Source of the DNA: Phoronis australis | Lineage: Eukaryota > Animalia > Phoronida | Direction: 5' to 3' | NCBI GenBank assembly: GCA_002633005.1 | Contig: NMRA01000209.1 | Location: 190,950 to 254,949, forward strand | Length of the DNA: 64,000 nt | Shown here: positions 48,601 through 63,600 of the stretch, in pieces | Layout of the letters: every line of letters starts with the position of its first letter | Numbering within the stretch: position 1 is the first letter of the stretch | Translations under genes and position numbers: made by a program | The notes under the pieces: model-generated | The model's input: the letters and a program-made list of their open reading frames with translations, nothing else | Told to the model about the DNA's origin: nothing | The model's database searches: none

Positions 48601-51600
48601 CGAGTCTCTTTCGGAAACCTGTATTGCTCAGCTCATTTTACCACGGCTATTTAATAAATACTGGGGTGGTCCACAGCTTGGATGGACGTCTGATGACGAA
48701 TCTCTGGTCAATTGATCAATTTGAAATATTTTAACAGTAATTGTAAAAGTAGAAACTTTGATATAATATTGACATCTTGCTCACACTTTCCACACATTCC
48801 AGCCATACAAAATGATCTCCATGTTTTTGCTGAGGCTCTATCGGGAATCTCTAGTTGACATATACAAACAGAGACTGCACGTAGCACTGTAGTCATTGTT
48901 CACCCCTGCACCACGTAGAAGTGTGTAGCGAAGTCATCGTGGCATTCTATGCTTTATCACCAAACACATCCATTTTCCGATGTAACGGGGACAGGACGTA
49001 ATCCGCAAACGGTGGCTCGACGATCTATAGCGTAGTTGGTGGAGAGCGTTCTCCATTGTGTGGATTTGTTGCAGAGGGGATATTTTCCAGGGTTATGCCA
49101 GCACACTGCCAAGTTGGGCCAGTTTTGCCTTGGGATATTCAAACAGTTCACGTCAAAATGACCAACGTTTCAAAATGTTCGAGAGCGAATGGCGCTGTGG
49201 CAATGCTGCGCGTCTTAAACACCAGAATTAGAAATTGGGTCAAGAGGAACAAGGTTTTGTGTTCTCACATCCCTAAAGAGTTGTATGTAGAAAGTTTCCA
49301 ACTGCTGTCCTTCGAAAAAGTGCTGATCTGCACTCAATGATCGTGTTGCCTTGACAAGCATCGCAGCATTCACGTCTCATTTCAGCGTTGACACGTGTTG
49401 TGTTCACAACAAATTAATTAGTTTTGGGTACTTACATGTACGCTGTTTCGGTGAAGGGGGAGGGGGGAGGGGGTGAAGGTCATGTAACACGAGCAGTGCT
49501 GTAGTGGGGCGTAGGCGTCCGTAGGCGCAGCCAACCACCTTTTGGCATTTGAACGTAGCGCCTACGCACCGTAAGTTCAGTGCTCAAGGTGATACGGTGG
49601 CTTTGGGCGCCTACTTACCTGTAATTTTACCACTACACGGAGCACTGAACACGACGAGTCTGGGCCTTCGACCCTGTTTTAGTTTTGTAAGCACTGTGGA
49701 GGTATGAGCAATGCAATTCGAAGGTTTGAGAGGAAAAACTTGCGCATGATATGTTGAAGGACGTTAATCAATTTGTAAAATGTTTTCGTGCCAACAAAGC
49801 ACTGAAATGAAGGAAAATCACAGTCTTTCACATTCAAGAGCAGGTACAAAGACATTCTGTAGCCACGACTGAGACTTATCGCTATTTTCTAGAGTGTTGA
49901 ATTGTCATCTGAATCATTTTGAAGGTCACCCCCGATCCATTGAATGGCTGCTGATTTGATTACCTTTTGAATAGAAGTAACATATAATCCCCTTCATACT
50001 GACTTAACTCCAACCACAAATTATTAATACAAATCTAATGTAGTTAATTTTTTTTACTGATGACTGTCTCTTTTACATGTATGTCTGTGTGGGTAACTGA
50101 ATGACTGATGTAGATGTACATGTTCACGTACGTACATTACATTTATGACAAATCGATCAGTGCTTTACCGGCACGTTGTTACGCATGCGCACGTTTCCTT
50201 CGTAGATTTGCATGCCGGTCACTACATGCTGCAGGAACCACAGAAATGCAATAGACTGTGTGACGAAGAAAAGTTGTGTTGCGACTCAATGTCGACGTGT
50301 CGCTGCGGAACGCACACTGGTCACTATGAATGTATATGCCAAAAAGGATTTTACGGGACAGGACTCAGAAACGACTGCACAGGTACCGCGACGAGAAGAC
50401 AAGTAGTGTTAAATTTACTCACGAATGATGGAGTTGATATAGAAATGCTCAGAGCTGTTAACCTTTGACCTCATGAGTACGAGCAGACAATAGTTGAATT
50501 GGCAGTTTTGCTAGGAATTATGGGTATTATGGAAAAATTCCATTGCATGATGCTCCCCGTGTATTGGGAAGGAAAGGAAACGGACTGCAGCCAACTGGAC
50601 TTGCCACGGCAATTCTGCTCATGAAGTTTCAATCATGACATCAGAAATACGTAATTTAGCAAACGGGAATGTGTAACAACTGCCGAATTGTAGTCTGCAC
50701 TATAAATTGGCCAACATGCACAGTTGGTTCCTGGTTAAAGTGTGATACGTGGACATTGTATGTACGATTAATGTTCAAAAAAGCATTTTCACGTTTAAGA
50801 CCCATTCATTTACGCAACACAATTTCACAGATTTACGTAACTTTCTAACAATTAAGTAAAGTGCTGTTGGTTTTATTGTTCTGTTTTGCTTGCAACGATT
50901 TTGCAACCCAATGTGGCGCACTTTACGAAAACACTGTTTTATGTAACTAAATTGATGATGTTCTTTATTCAGTTTTGAATGACTGCTATATCTTCAGCCT
51001 GCCCCAGTGGGACATACAAAGACAACACGAAGCCAGGCGACGTGAGTTCATGTGTCAAGTGTCCGGATATCAACCACATATCTGACCCGGGTAGTACCGA
51101 TATATCCCACTGCGTTTGCAAAAAGGGTTTCCGGACGTTAATTGGAAAGCACGCATGCGCAGGTTAGTGTCAGTTCACCTACGGTTTCTCAATAAGAATA
51201 AATCTATTGGAAAAAAGAAACGTTTTCTTACGTAAAACCAAAAAAGTCCAATCCTTTTGAACTTCAATGAAAACGTATGCATACATTTTGCTCTAAATCA
51301 CCTTCTAATAACATGCAAAATATAATTGTCTCAATTACTACATCAAGATAGAGTCATTTCTAACCCAAATTATACACTTGAAGGATCTCGCAGGTAAAAA
51401 TGTTTCCAAAATGCCAAACATTTAGACCGGGTTGCCCAACCCTTTTAGTTGTCATTTCAACGAAACCTTTGACATCGAGACTGAGTTTTTTTAAACCGCA
51501 AGACGCAAAGGTTATACTTGCGGCGTTAACCGTCACTTTTGAAAACGAAACAGCGAATTCAGTCGATCTCACGATTCAACATTCCAACCTCACCGGCCAA

Positions 51601-54600
51601 CCACTTCAATTTCCGTGACCGCCATTTCGCCAAGATAGACTAGTAAGCTCTCGAACACACCATTACTTTTCACTCACGTGCTTTTTCGAGGTTTTGTGAT
51701 ATGTTGCCTTTATCGCAACAAACTAGGTCTACGGAACGCTCTCCAGTTTTGACCATGTCCATGATCATGATTTCTATATATAAGTCATCGGTAAGACTGA
51801 AGTGCCCCTTTAACGTATGTGGCTGCGTGCCAAAAACATATAATTCGATTGTGTGTAGCAAACTGTATTCATATTGATTAAGCTCATTCCGTTCGTTTTG
51901 ATTTCGTTCGACTTAAACCATTTCTTTGTAGTTAGCATTTTAGAAGACAGGTTAAGGGTAATTAATCGGAAGGTGGCGCTGAAATAGAAACACTCCGTGA
52001 ATGTCGTGAATGTCAGACGTGTGCAAGATCGTTTTACAGTCAATTTTCTAAATTGATTAGTGACGTTGAGTGTCATCCAACCGTGGCGGCCATTTTGGTA
52101 GAGCATCAACAAAGTGGCCGAAAAAATTGAGCGCAACATTTTGCATCCAATTTTGTTTACCGTGGGTCACGTTGGAAGATTATTTGGAAATACGCTTTAA
52201 CTCAGCTTTTGACACGCGTTAAAGTGTCGTTTTTTATTGAAATGAGGAGGCGGAAATAGTATCTTAAAAACGTCATGTTGCACTATAAACTTTCAAGCTC
52301 TCACCTGTCCTGAAATTTCCCCTCCGGAACATGGGTACTTCGTCAAGAACAAGTGCAGCAATGTATTCAACGCGGCGTGTGGTATCAGCTGCAATCCTGG
52401 CTTCAAACTCGTCGGCAGCAGTTTGCGACTTTGCCAGGAAGGAGGCACGTGGTCTGGCGAAAAAGTAGTCTGCGAAGGTATGTGGCTAACCGTTGTCGTG
52501 CCTCACATTGGTACAAGCTTCTCAACTTATTGACCTCGAATTATTGGTGAAGACGTCTCTTGCAACTACCGGATGGGACGTTGTTTATAATTTCGTATGT
52601 AAGTTAACATTAGGAGTGTCTTACATGTGTCGTAGGCCGAGTGCGACATAAGTCCTAGTTAATTAATTATTCTTGGCTTCTGGTTGGCTACATAATTAGT
52701 ACTGGAATAAGTCGGGGAATAATTACAGTAATAATCGGACTTGGCTTACGATAGGTCAGGTATGACATAAGTCCGATTTATTACTGTAATAATTCTTTAT
52801 TCCATCAAAAGGTAGGAATAATTTCTCTAAGAAAATATTTATTACTGTACTTAATATTTATTCCTGTAATAAATATTTATTGTAATTTTTACTGGCATCT
52901 GATTGGTTGATTTATTCCAGTAGGCAAGTTACAGGCAGCGGAAATGCGACCTGATCGTGCACAAAACAATTCTATACCGCAGTAGATCAACCATATTAGG
53001 TGGCCGTTTTTCTGTGGCTGCTGCCCTTGCTTTTGTGCTGTGTCTAGAGATTGCTTCCAAATTCTATGACAGGGTGCGCATCATCGCGGTCACGAAAAAC
53101 CCATATTATGAAACGCTCACGAAAAAGTCACTCTCCTGAGTACATGTAACGCACAGGAATGCCCTGTAGAGTGGTTATTTCAATTACCTTAATCCTAATT
53201 CTCAAAGTAGGTAATTTTTCGTCATTAAAACCAATCGTTTGAGTACGCGGCTCGTCAATGTCAATATCCCCGGATTCGGATTCTGCTGCACCAACGGTTT
53301 CAAATTTATTGATATTCCCTCGCAGTGGTTCCTGAAAACTCCAGACCTGTTAATTTTCAGTTCGTAAGTGCAATACGCTAAAGGTGCCAAGGAATGGCAA
53401 TATGGTTTGCACCCGGGACGACTTTTCCTTTGGCACAACCTGTGAGTTCACGTGTGACCCGGGATTCACGTTACTTGGCTCCGCCAAACGTGCTTGCCTT
53501 GCCATAGGACACTGGGACGGGATCACTACACGCTGCAGGGGTAAGTACAATGTAGGCCTATGCACAACGTGTTGCTGCAAACGTGATGAGATGGAACAGA
53601 CTATTCTCAGTGAACATGCGTTTAGGTGAGATACATACCATAAAACCGTTCATAAGTATTTTTAGTCTCACACAGCATTTATCCATGCCGATATACTGTA
53701 ATGTTGTGCTATCTGGTATTTTGATTGGAAATTTCGCGTGATCGAACAAAAACCTTATTATCGAACAAAAATTTATTCGCTAATAAGATGATTAACGCCT
53801 AAAGACACCGTGTTCTGACTTCGAAATAATTCCTTTGTTTTTTCTTGCAACGCAAGGAGTTTTCTGCTCTCCGCTTCCACCAATCTCCGACGGAAGAGTT
53901 TGGCCACCATCTTGTTTGACAGACCAATCCGAGTACGGAAATGACTGCGAATACCACTGTAATGTTGGGTTCAAGCTTAGCGGACCAGCCAGTCGACAGT
54001 GTACATCTCTAGGCGTCTGGACATCCACGCCAAGACAACCCAGATGTGTTGGTGAGAGCTGAAATTTCCCCATTCCCGCACAATCACAGCACAAAATCAA
54101 CATGATTGCCGTCTGCATGACTGTACGCCTACAATCTCAACAACTGATCGTGACCTAAGTTAGTCGCAAATTTGTCATTAAGCTAATCCATAAAAACGAG
54201 TTTTGTCTGAATGATTTCACAGCTGCTCCATCGATCGTAAAATAAAATTATACCTTGAATGAAACATTGTGTTGTGTTTCTAGATAATACCCCACCCGTT
54301 ATCAAGTGTCCCGACAATATCATCTTGGAGTCGGATCCAGGTGACGACGGTGCTGTTGTCACGTGGAAGGTACCGTCTGCCACTGACAACTCCGGTGCAA
54401 TAGCTTCCATATCGGTCAATCCAGCGATTCATCCGCCAAGAAAGTAAGCATTCTCCTTGAATAAAAGTGGCGGATTTACAGTAATGCCAATGATTATAAA
54501 AGGGACACTAAACCCTGTTTTAGTCAGTTAACATATATTGGCTACGACGTGATTATTTAAATGTTTGAAACAAAAAATTAGGTCACGTCACTCTTGTCAC

Positions 54601-57600
54601 CCCTCAAATGTTTGAATCGTGTTTACGTACTCCTTTCCATTTCTCCAAAATCATCAAGGTATACTAACGTTTGAGCCAGTACATGTAGCTCCATTACAGT
54701 GGGGGAAAGACTGAGCAAATCTTAACAAAATGTTTACACTGAGAAAGATTAAGGAACATCGTCTCAGCGGAAAAGATAATTGTAGGATAGAACCATGTAG
54801 TTTTGGGTGAAATCACCGAAGCAGGGTTTAGTGTCCTTTAAGCACCAAACCCCAAAAGCGGAAGACGCCCTATTGTCATTATGTTCACTAGGTTACTGTA
54901 GCTTAGCTGATCCTTAATAGACAGGGACCCCACCTGGCAGCAATGAGGCCTTTAATGACGGTGATCAAAGAATGGGGAATAGCAGAAAGCAGGACGCAGC
55001 GAAAGGCCAGACGTACCTTTGTGCCGAGGAGGGGGTGGAGGGTTTGGAACCAGTAGTGAATGGGGAGTAAAAGCGATGGCAATTGGGGTATGACCAATTT
55101 GGTAATGTCCGGTCAGGAGTGTCTACATTACGGAGAGGTGACTGCATAGTTGGTCAAGCTTTAGGCCCCCAAAATGTAGATCCGCCACTGTGGATATATG
55201 ATGGCAATGTTTGAAGAACAACTTCATGAGAACATACGCATACTGATCTAGAATATTTAAAACAATTATTCAGAAAGCATTCGCTAACTTTGAACTGAGA
55301 GCATGTCGTGAGGTGAACGTTTGTCAAACTAAAGTAATTCCAAACCAAAAATGTTAAGATAATCTACTTTAGATGTAACGAATTTTAGTTACCACGTGGA
55401 AGATATTGACAGCCAACGACGAAAACAAAGTCACGCTGATATTGTTACTTGCAGGTTTGAAATTGGAGAAGTGACCATCACCTACTTTGCCAATGACGTC
55501 AATGGCAACCAAGAGAAGTGCTTCTTTAAAGTTAAAGTCATAGGTATATTTCACTGCATTGTTCAATTTGATAGTCAACACCATGTCTCAATCAAAACCG
55601 ATTATGTTTATTTGGAAAAAACATGTAATCATTGTCAAACAACATGCTCCAATCTCTAGCCGTGTCTCACCAATTTATCAAACTTTTTCTGTGATGCGAC
55701 CACGACAAAGGAGAGTAGTCAATCGGCTTTACTTTAACATTTTTATTGTCGACTGCAAAAACTATCATACCGTAAGCTAAGAGAGGTATTTTTCTTCGCA
55801 AAATACATTAATTTAACTTGAACGCAGGTTTCACACTAAGTTTTTACCAAGAGCTCAGCAAAGAAAACGAACAGACACAGAGGTACCTGAAGCTCATTTG
55901 AACGAAAAATATTGTATTATGATTAAACAAATGTCCACGTTTGGCTAACTCCGGACATCGAATCTCAAAAATGGCTGAATGGATTGAACTGTTTTCCAAA
56001 CGCTATTCAATTGAATGTTTAATATGTTTCATTTTGCATGAGGGCCTGTGAAAAAATGTGACGCTTACGATATTTATGAAAAAACTCAGTTGTGTAAAAC
56101 GAATTTAGAAAACTATTACAAAGTTTCATGAAATTACATCATGAACATGTTAAATGGATGTTGGTCATGATATCGATACAGTTGTTCTACCATCAACGTA
56201 TCCTTTTGCTAAATTTTACTAAAAACATGGTTACGTGATGCCAGTAATGGCGGACTGGCAAAAGGTCAAAAACGAAATTCTACAGTCTTTCTACACCTAC
56301 AAAATTTCTAGAATTTGTTTTCCATACGCACTTGTCGATACGATGCTACAAAACCTTAGCAAATGTGAAATAGCTCATTAATTACGTACTGCACACGTTG
56401 CCACTACCGTCCACTTTTGCTGACGGGTCGTTAGCGTAACGGGACTATTTCTACCGAAACTTTTGATTAATCAAGCGTAACACATTTTGCTCTGGCCTAC
56501 ATAATTCGTCTTTCAATCGACCGAACATGTGCACCTCAATACTATAGGTTTCCAGCGTGCGTATTCCCTAAAACTAAATAGGTACTAGTCGTGCTCAAAT
56601 TCAAAATGCTAAAATGTTACGGATTAAGTACTGGTGTTCAACGAAGGCTATTACTTATTTACGAAAACTATTCTCCGTAGACAGTGAGCCGCCGAGAATC
56701 GACAAATGTGTTTCCCCACCACCATTCCTGGCAAACGCAAAAGGTGTCGCTTCTGTCAAGTGGGAGGAGCCTGTTTTTTCCGACAACTCTGGTGAAAAGG
56801 TGCATTTCAACGCGTCTCATTCACCGGGCGATTTTTTCATCGGTGAAACGACGGTAACTTACACAGCTTCCGACATACATGGCAACACTGTCTCCTGCCA
56901 ACTGATCATAATTGTAAGAGGTAAATATTCAGTAATACATTGCGCTGGGTTTACCAAATCGTCACCCTCAATCTCAGATGCCTATTTCTTTCTTCATCTT
57001 GTGAATATTATGGTATGAATTCACTTCGACCATTATAGTTGGAAATGAAACCAGATGAGGATATGCATAACTCCTAGATACACTCGTCTGATTGACGCTA
57101 ATCGTATCCTTGACTGTTTTCAGAAGATATCTGTGTGCCACCGAAAGCCCCCGTCAACGGCATCATCGACTGCATCACGCTGGCGCACTCCAAGACGTGT
57201 GAAGTTGCCTGCAACGAAAACTTCAACATGGCTTTAGAAGGCCCAAGGGAACTGTCATGCAACGAAGATAACGGAGTTTGGAGACCTGAAGGGTTGATTT
57301 CTGATTGTTCTGGTACATAAACACAACATGAATCAATATTTTATTCTTAAACATTTGTACATGGACGTTTAATTGAAACACCACAACCGTCTTTTTAAGA
57401 ATTAACAGTCCAGCTCATTTTTCTCCTTAAAGCCGCTGTGCGTTCTGGTATTAGAAGCATTGGATAATCTACACTTCCGGTACTTTTCTTCGTTGGACTA
57501 TATGCACTCCCGTGGATGTTCCACAATCTTTCAGTCTCGTTTCAATTGAAATTGGTTACAGAAAATCACGTTTGACGGTCATAATAACTTGGCAACAGAA

Positions 57601-60600
57601 ATAAACCTCGTTGAGGAAAAAAACAAAGGGCATTATCTGAAGAAATGACAACTTAACAGTTCTTCTCAAAGAGAGATACCATTCCTGATCTCAACAAGCA
57701 AGACGATTTTTGAATTAACCAGAAAGTAGCCTAAATCAAAAGTTTTTTAAATAGCTCGTTGATATCCTGCTTTTTGAGAGAGAGTGTTTAGTGTTATGTT
57801 TGGGAAACTTAAATTAGTCGGCACAAATAGATATTTTTGCCAATACATGCAGTGTAACAAAATTACTTTCTTATCACTTTTAAATAGTTTTCAAAATAAT
57901 CGGGACAACGTCGAATTTTGACAAAGTTTCAACGCACAAAACCGGTGTAAAAATCCAGCGGCTCGGTAACGGAACCCGTTTCAATTCTCACCAAATCTTG
58001 ACAACATTTCGTCAGTTGTTGTTCAATCCGCGTGATCGAAATCGCAAGTCCATTTCATTATTAATCAGTTAACGGCCGGGCGCAATAACGTCTGCACAGT
58101 TTATTTTGAAAACTACTATACAAATTGTTCATGCACGAAACTGGTTAGAATTCAGTATCGCCAGGACCTACACAAGGGTCTCGCTAAAATACAGCCAAAA
58201 TCACGTGTTCTCATTTATAATACATGACAATATCTCACGTAATCTCGCGAAGTCTTGCTTTTAGCAAGGCCGTCGATCATGCCGGGTATTTGGATCAATA
58301 GTAACTCCGCTAATGTCATTCGTGCGCAATTTCTTTACAGAGTCCAGAGTTTCAAACAACGCCATTCAACCCACAAGAATTACGTATTCATCACAGAATA
58401 ACTGCAGGGAAAAAGTGCTTCTTAATCAAGCTGAGGGAAACTTCAATAACAAAATTTCTAACAAAATTGAAGACTATTGCAACGGTGTCTTTTGCGAGGT
58501 GACTTCTGTCGAAATACATTGCATGGAAAATGTGGTTGAAGGTAAGATCTGCAACCTATTTGGGGAACTTTGAATGGAGAGACACGTGTACATGTACCTT
58601 TGTTTGGGTTTTCGCGTATACACGTCTCTTCTTGTAGACTGCATGTATTTGTACGTCTGTTGGTTTACGATTATATGGACTGATGTTTCTCGATGTACAA
58701 CCTTGGAGGCAGTCATAACATAAATATATGTTTGAAGTATCAATTCCATATATTGTAAACCACAAAAAACCCAACCCCATCAGACTATCAGCTGTCAAAG
58801 TTGGCGCAAATACGGTCTAGCGATCTGTTAATTAGAGGATCTCGAGTTACGAGCCCTTATTGGTCGAAATTATACTACATGGAATCGGGACAACCAATCA
58901 AAGCATTAGTCATCCTCCTTTAACGTAAACACAAGGATTGGCATACTTGCCCTGATGACAAAACGTAGAATTTTACTGCTATTCTATGACGTGCAAATCT
59001 ATTACAAATGTAGATGGTGTGTTATGTACTGACCACGGTGTCACATTTGTCACACGCTGCTAGCCAGAGTTGTGAATTTAACCCCGCTATCTACTGGCAA
59101 AGTGTGGAGTTAGTCCAGTGTTAAATTTGATTAGCGCAAGATTGAACTTTATGCATACAAGTACAGACTCAGCGCACAGATAGATGCTGTGTATTTCTGG
59201 GTATACATCTCCAAGTTAAACTATTAATTCAAAACTCGACCATAGCCAAGTAGCTACGATAGCCATTTTCGGATATACTGGCGAAAGGGATTGTTGGCGG
59301 AGCATTCTGCGCTTAGGTATCTGAAATTAGTGTTACAACGTTTGGGTTCATCATGGTGTCGTCAAATTATCACTTTTGTGCGGTGGGATATTCCAACAAT
59401 TCACCGGAGAATATGCCACGAAGTTCTTAAAATGTGCATGAATGACGAAAATTATGTTGTTTCCCTGTCTACTCGCCCCGCCATTCACAGCATCAGAGCG
59501 GGTGAAATGAAAGACATATTCGTGTTCTCATAACGAAAAGTTATATGCCTGACAATTCCCACGGGCGACACACCATAGGAGGGCTATGGCCCCACAATTT
59601 TTTCAGTGTTGCGCCTCCCACGATTCCGTATTTTCCCCAGGTTTGCTTTTTAATCGAAAAATCTATCGGACACTTTAAACGGGACATTTATCTACGCAGA
59701 AGCTGTTTGTGGCGTCTTCGATTCAGCTACATTGTGCCCATAAGCAAGTTGTCTGATATCCATTCGCAGGCGATGACGGCTTACGTCGAAGAAGGGAAGC
59801 ACAACAAATGGAGTCACGTGTGCAGTTTGATTTCGTCGTGAAAGGTCAGTCTATTCACGCGTTTAGAGAAATTTGAACAATTTGTTTCATTTTCATGATG
59901 ATTTCATGCTTATCGATGTGAGGACAATCTTAAGCTTCCAATCATTTTCAATTTTTGGAGAAACGTATATCATTACGAAGTAAATGTCGCTGTATAGTTG
60001 GTAGTGCTCTGAGAGTTTATGTACATTTCGTTAAGCGTAGTCGTCGTGTGGAAATGACGAAATAACAACACTTGTGTCAAACTAGTTTCAACTCTTGGTG
60101 TATTTTGTTCACCCCTTTTTTGACTTGAGATCAGACCACGCTGGTACGAGGATTACGGCTTTCAAGAGCCCTATTCGGGAATAATTTAAACGTCCGGCCA
60201 CACTGTAAGTCAACATCGTGTTTTCAAGACCCCATCTTAAAGTTGTCTCGTTATTCCGAGGCTTAAATGAATGCGCGAAATTCGACACAACCAACGAAGA
60301 CCAAAAAAATTGCCCGTCCATAGCTACACATAGTGGTCCGTGGGTTTGGACGTGATTTACGAACAAACCGCATTGCTGTGTTTTCGCCAATGGGGCAATT
60401 CGGAGAATTCTCCTCGCGGTATCGCTGCTGTACTAGTGGTGATTGAATTGCGCATGCATCGCTGTCTGCATGTAAACAGCTGGTAAAAAGACGGAATCGT
60501 TATCAAAATAGGTCGTCGCGCTAAGCCTTATTATTGCTATTTTCCTGGTGCAAGTCTTCGACAGGTGGTCACAAATTCCCAAAAGACCTAAGATTACTAC

Positions 60601-63600
60601 AGGCCTGGAGAATTGCGGTCAAAAGGGTCAACCAACTGACAAAAAGTGTGTGGATGCCGAAGCCCCGTGTTTGCTGTATGCATTTCTATTGGGAGACTAC
60701 ATAACGTTATTTGGTAAGATTTTAGCAATCTGGTTCTATCGACATCGTTCGGTGATGTTATCCCCACCAATTATACCACTGAATAACGGGTTTATTGAGT
60801 GGATCTAAGTGTTTTTTTTTCGGAAACTCACCCGGGACTCGAATGCTGGGTAGGCTAACAGCACATATTCACATACTGTGGGTTGGAGTGCGCCCAATAT
60901 AAGAGGTGTATGGTGCGTGACGCTCAGAAGTCAAGGTTGACTTTTTTATAGCAGTTTCTCTTCAAAACTATGGTATGTCCAATAAAATTCTCTAGATCAA
61001 TGAGTTTCCTTATTTCATAGCGGACCCCACCCCCAGGACTACCAGATTAGTTACCGAATTAACATGAATAAGCTACATGTAATCAGTAAATGTCGTAACA
61101 TTGCATTGGAATAAAAATTGACACCTAGAATGAATTTTACTTGTTGAGACCAGAAGCACATTTTAAGTGTCATGAAAAAAATACACATTATTAAATGACT
61201 TTTAGCCTGTTTCACATATTTTAATTCAGATCTTAAATAAGACTTGGGTACAAAGATTATTAGTTTCTACATATAAACATGAACATGAAACGTCAAGTAT
61301 GTTCTGCCCTACAAAAGTAATTTTGTCGTGTTTTCTTTTATAATTTGATAATATTTCTCTGACTATTCTGTTACAGGCGAGAGAAAACGACAGAAACCAG
61401 TCGCCTGATCGTCTATTTTACATTTGGACAAAGTGAAAAGCAACCCTTCAGCAATAACCTGAGAGAATTGAACCTAATTCAGAAAGTCAGCCCTTGATAT
61501 GCCTGATTATGGACTCCGTTGCATTGGGGAAATTACAACTGTTGTTTCTTTGTATGCGTATGGTTATTCAGTTTGCCATCTTGTTTTTAAATACATTGAT
61601 AATTGTATATTCTCGAATCTTGTGCATAGCAGATTCTTATCCAGCTACCTACAATTGAAAACATACTTTTCTTACATGTGGAACTTTTGTTGTAGACAAG
61701 TTAACACAAAACTTAAAATTGTTCAAAGGCCTTCTTAAGAAAGCTCTAAAAATAATTACACACACAAACAAATCAAATGCAAACAAAGGGAATACTTCAT
61801 TTTGATCGCTGCACATTTCTATAGGTCAACAGGAAAACGACAATTCGCAAGCGCAATCGGTAATCATTTCAGCTTGATAAAGAATAAGCACAACTGCACT
61901 GTATGGGCTTTAAAACTGAAGAAATATTGTGGTTTCAATAATTAGCGACAAACTTGCCTGTTGATGAAAAATTTATTCGATCATCAAAGTGTAACTTTAA
62001 CGGGCTTTCTGGTGACAATAAGACAATCGATGCAGTCACTGAATGTAAATTTCGCCATAATGTGTAGAAAATTGAAAGGTTTTACCATTAGTATAAACAC
62101 TTTCTTCTGAAAAGGAAAAGTTAAAGTCACTCAGTGAGAAAGGACAGGTATTTATACCAGATGCTTTTGGTTTTCATTTCAGTGGCTTATAGAAGCGATT
62201 GTAAAAAAGGTCCAGTTTCGGAACTTGGCTTTCCTAATTGTTCCTTTGTTAGTTGTATCCGGTATAGAAAGTAGGCTTTGACAACAGATCTGCACTGGGT
62301 GGCAAGATCTTGCTGGTTAGCTGCAGTCAAATGCTTAAAACCAGTTTTTGTCCATTCAGAGACGGTGCAGAAGCGATGCATATCTCCTCTGCACGGTACA
62401 AGCACTGAAACCTAAAAACCAAAGGTCTCGTGAAAACAGACATGATAGATTTCCAGTTCAACGTGTAATAGATTCCCGTTATTTTTTAGTCTATCGATAG
62501 ACTTTACGAACAGAAGGTCCACATACCCGGCTCCCGCAACTTCGGGCCTGCACTGCACATACAATCGCGCTTTCCCCGATTCCCCGAGACAACATGTTGG
62601 CCCCCCCCTTATGGTATCCTAGATCCGCCACTGGAATTAAGGCAGTGACTTTGGCGAAGAATTCCAACTCCACTTCTGGTTGCCGTTAATTTTTTCAGCA
62701 CGCGCGCGGTAACCTTAAGTACTGAGGTCAACTAAGTCACGTGAATTAGGCAAAGGCTATCGCGAGACTGAGCGAAGCGCGTGACACTAGCGCGTGACAC
62801 TTGCAAAATAGCATGAGAAAGTATCAGTTGAAATTTTTAAGATTTGTGTCCCTTGGACTTTTTATTCGTCAACATGCGTGATTTCACGTAACTTCCTCAA
62901 AATGGCACACGGTAAGATAAACTGGAGCAAACCGCGACAGATTTTCATCGATTTGTTGACTAATTTGTTTCCAGAGTCATGGTATGTGTTACTTATAACT
63001 CCATGTTCCTATATGTATGGTTCATTCGATTCTATTTGCTGTATTTTGAAATTAGTAACTTTTTGTCGGTATGTACTATCACCCCTGTATGCCTGCGGCA
63101 TCCAGGGCGATGTAATTGCCCATTTGTCACGTACCCTTTACAATTGGGCCTGGATTGTAATCTCAACTCACTAACAAATATGGCGTTGACAGCATAAAAA
63201 TTCAACATTGATTGATGTGACTGTCACTGATAAATCTGTTAGAACTCATTCCAAACAAAATACTGCTTTAATGTACGAAAAGATCCCGAGTGGTATGTCA
63301 AGTATCGTAACTCGCATCGCAACAAAGATTAACCCGACTGGCGACTGCCGCGAAGTCGACATCGGCGGGTACCTCAGTTAACTGGCATCAGTAGAATAAA
63401 CGTGGAATAATCGTTAAAATAATCACAAACCTTACCTTTGTAAAAGGACGTACTTACTTCCTCTCATAGAAGCACCCTTTCCCGCAATCTCAGATTCAGT
63501 TGGCACGGCTGCAAGCCATTTCACCATGTATTTAAAGGGCACGCGAAATCGAGGCTGCTTAATCTATCACCACTAGTACACGCGCGCCCTCTAGTTAATG

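Noticed and set aside
61377-61870. Additional SVEP1 exon candidates after acceptor-like sites at 61376 and 61824
   Set aside because: Stops or phase mismatch with the flanking phase-1 exons; the model is complete without them.
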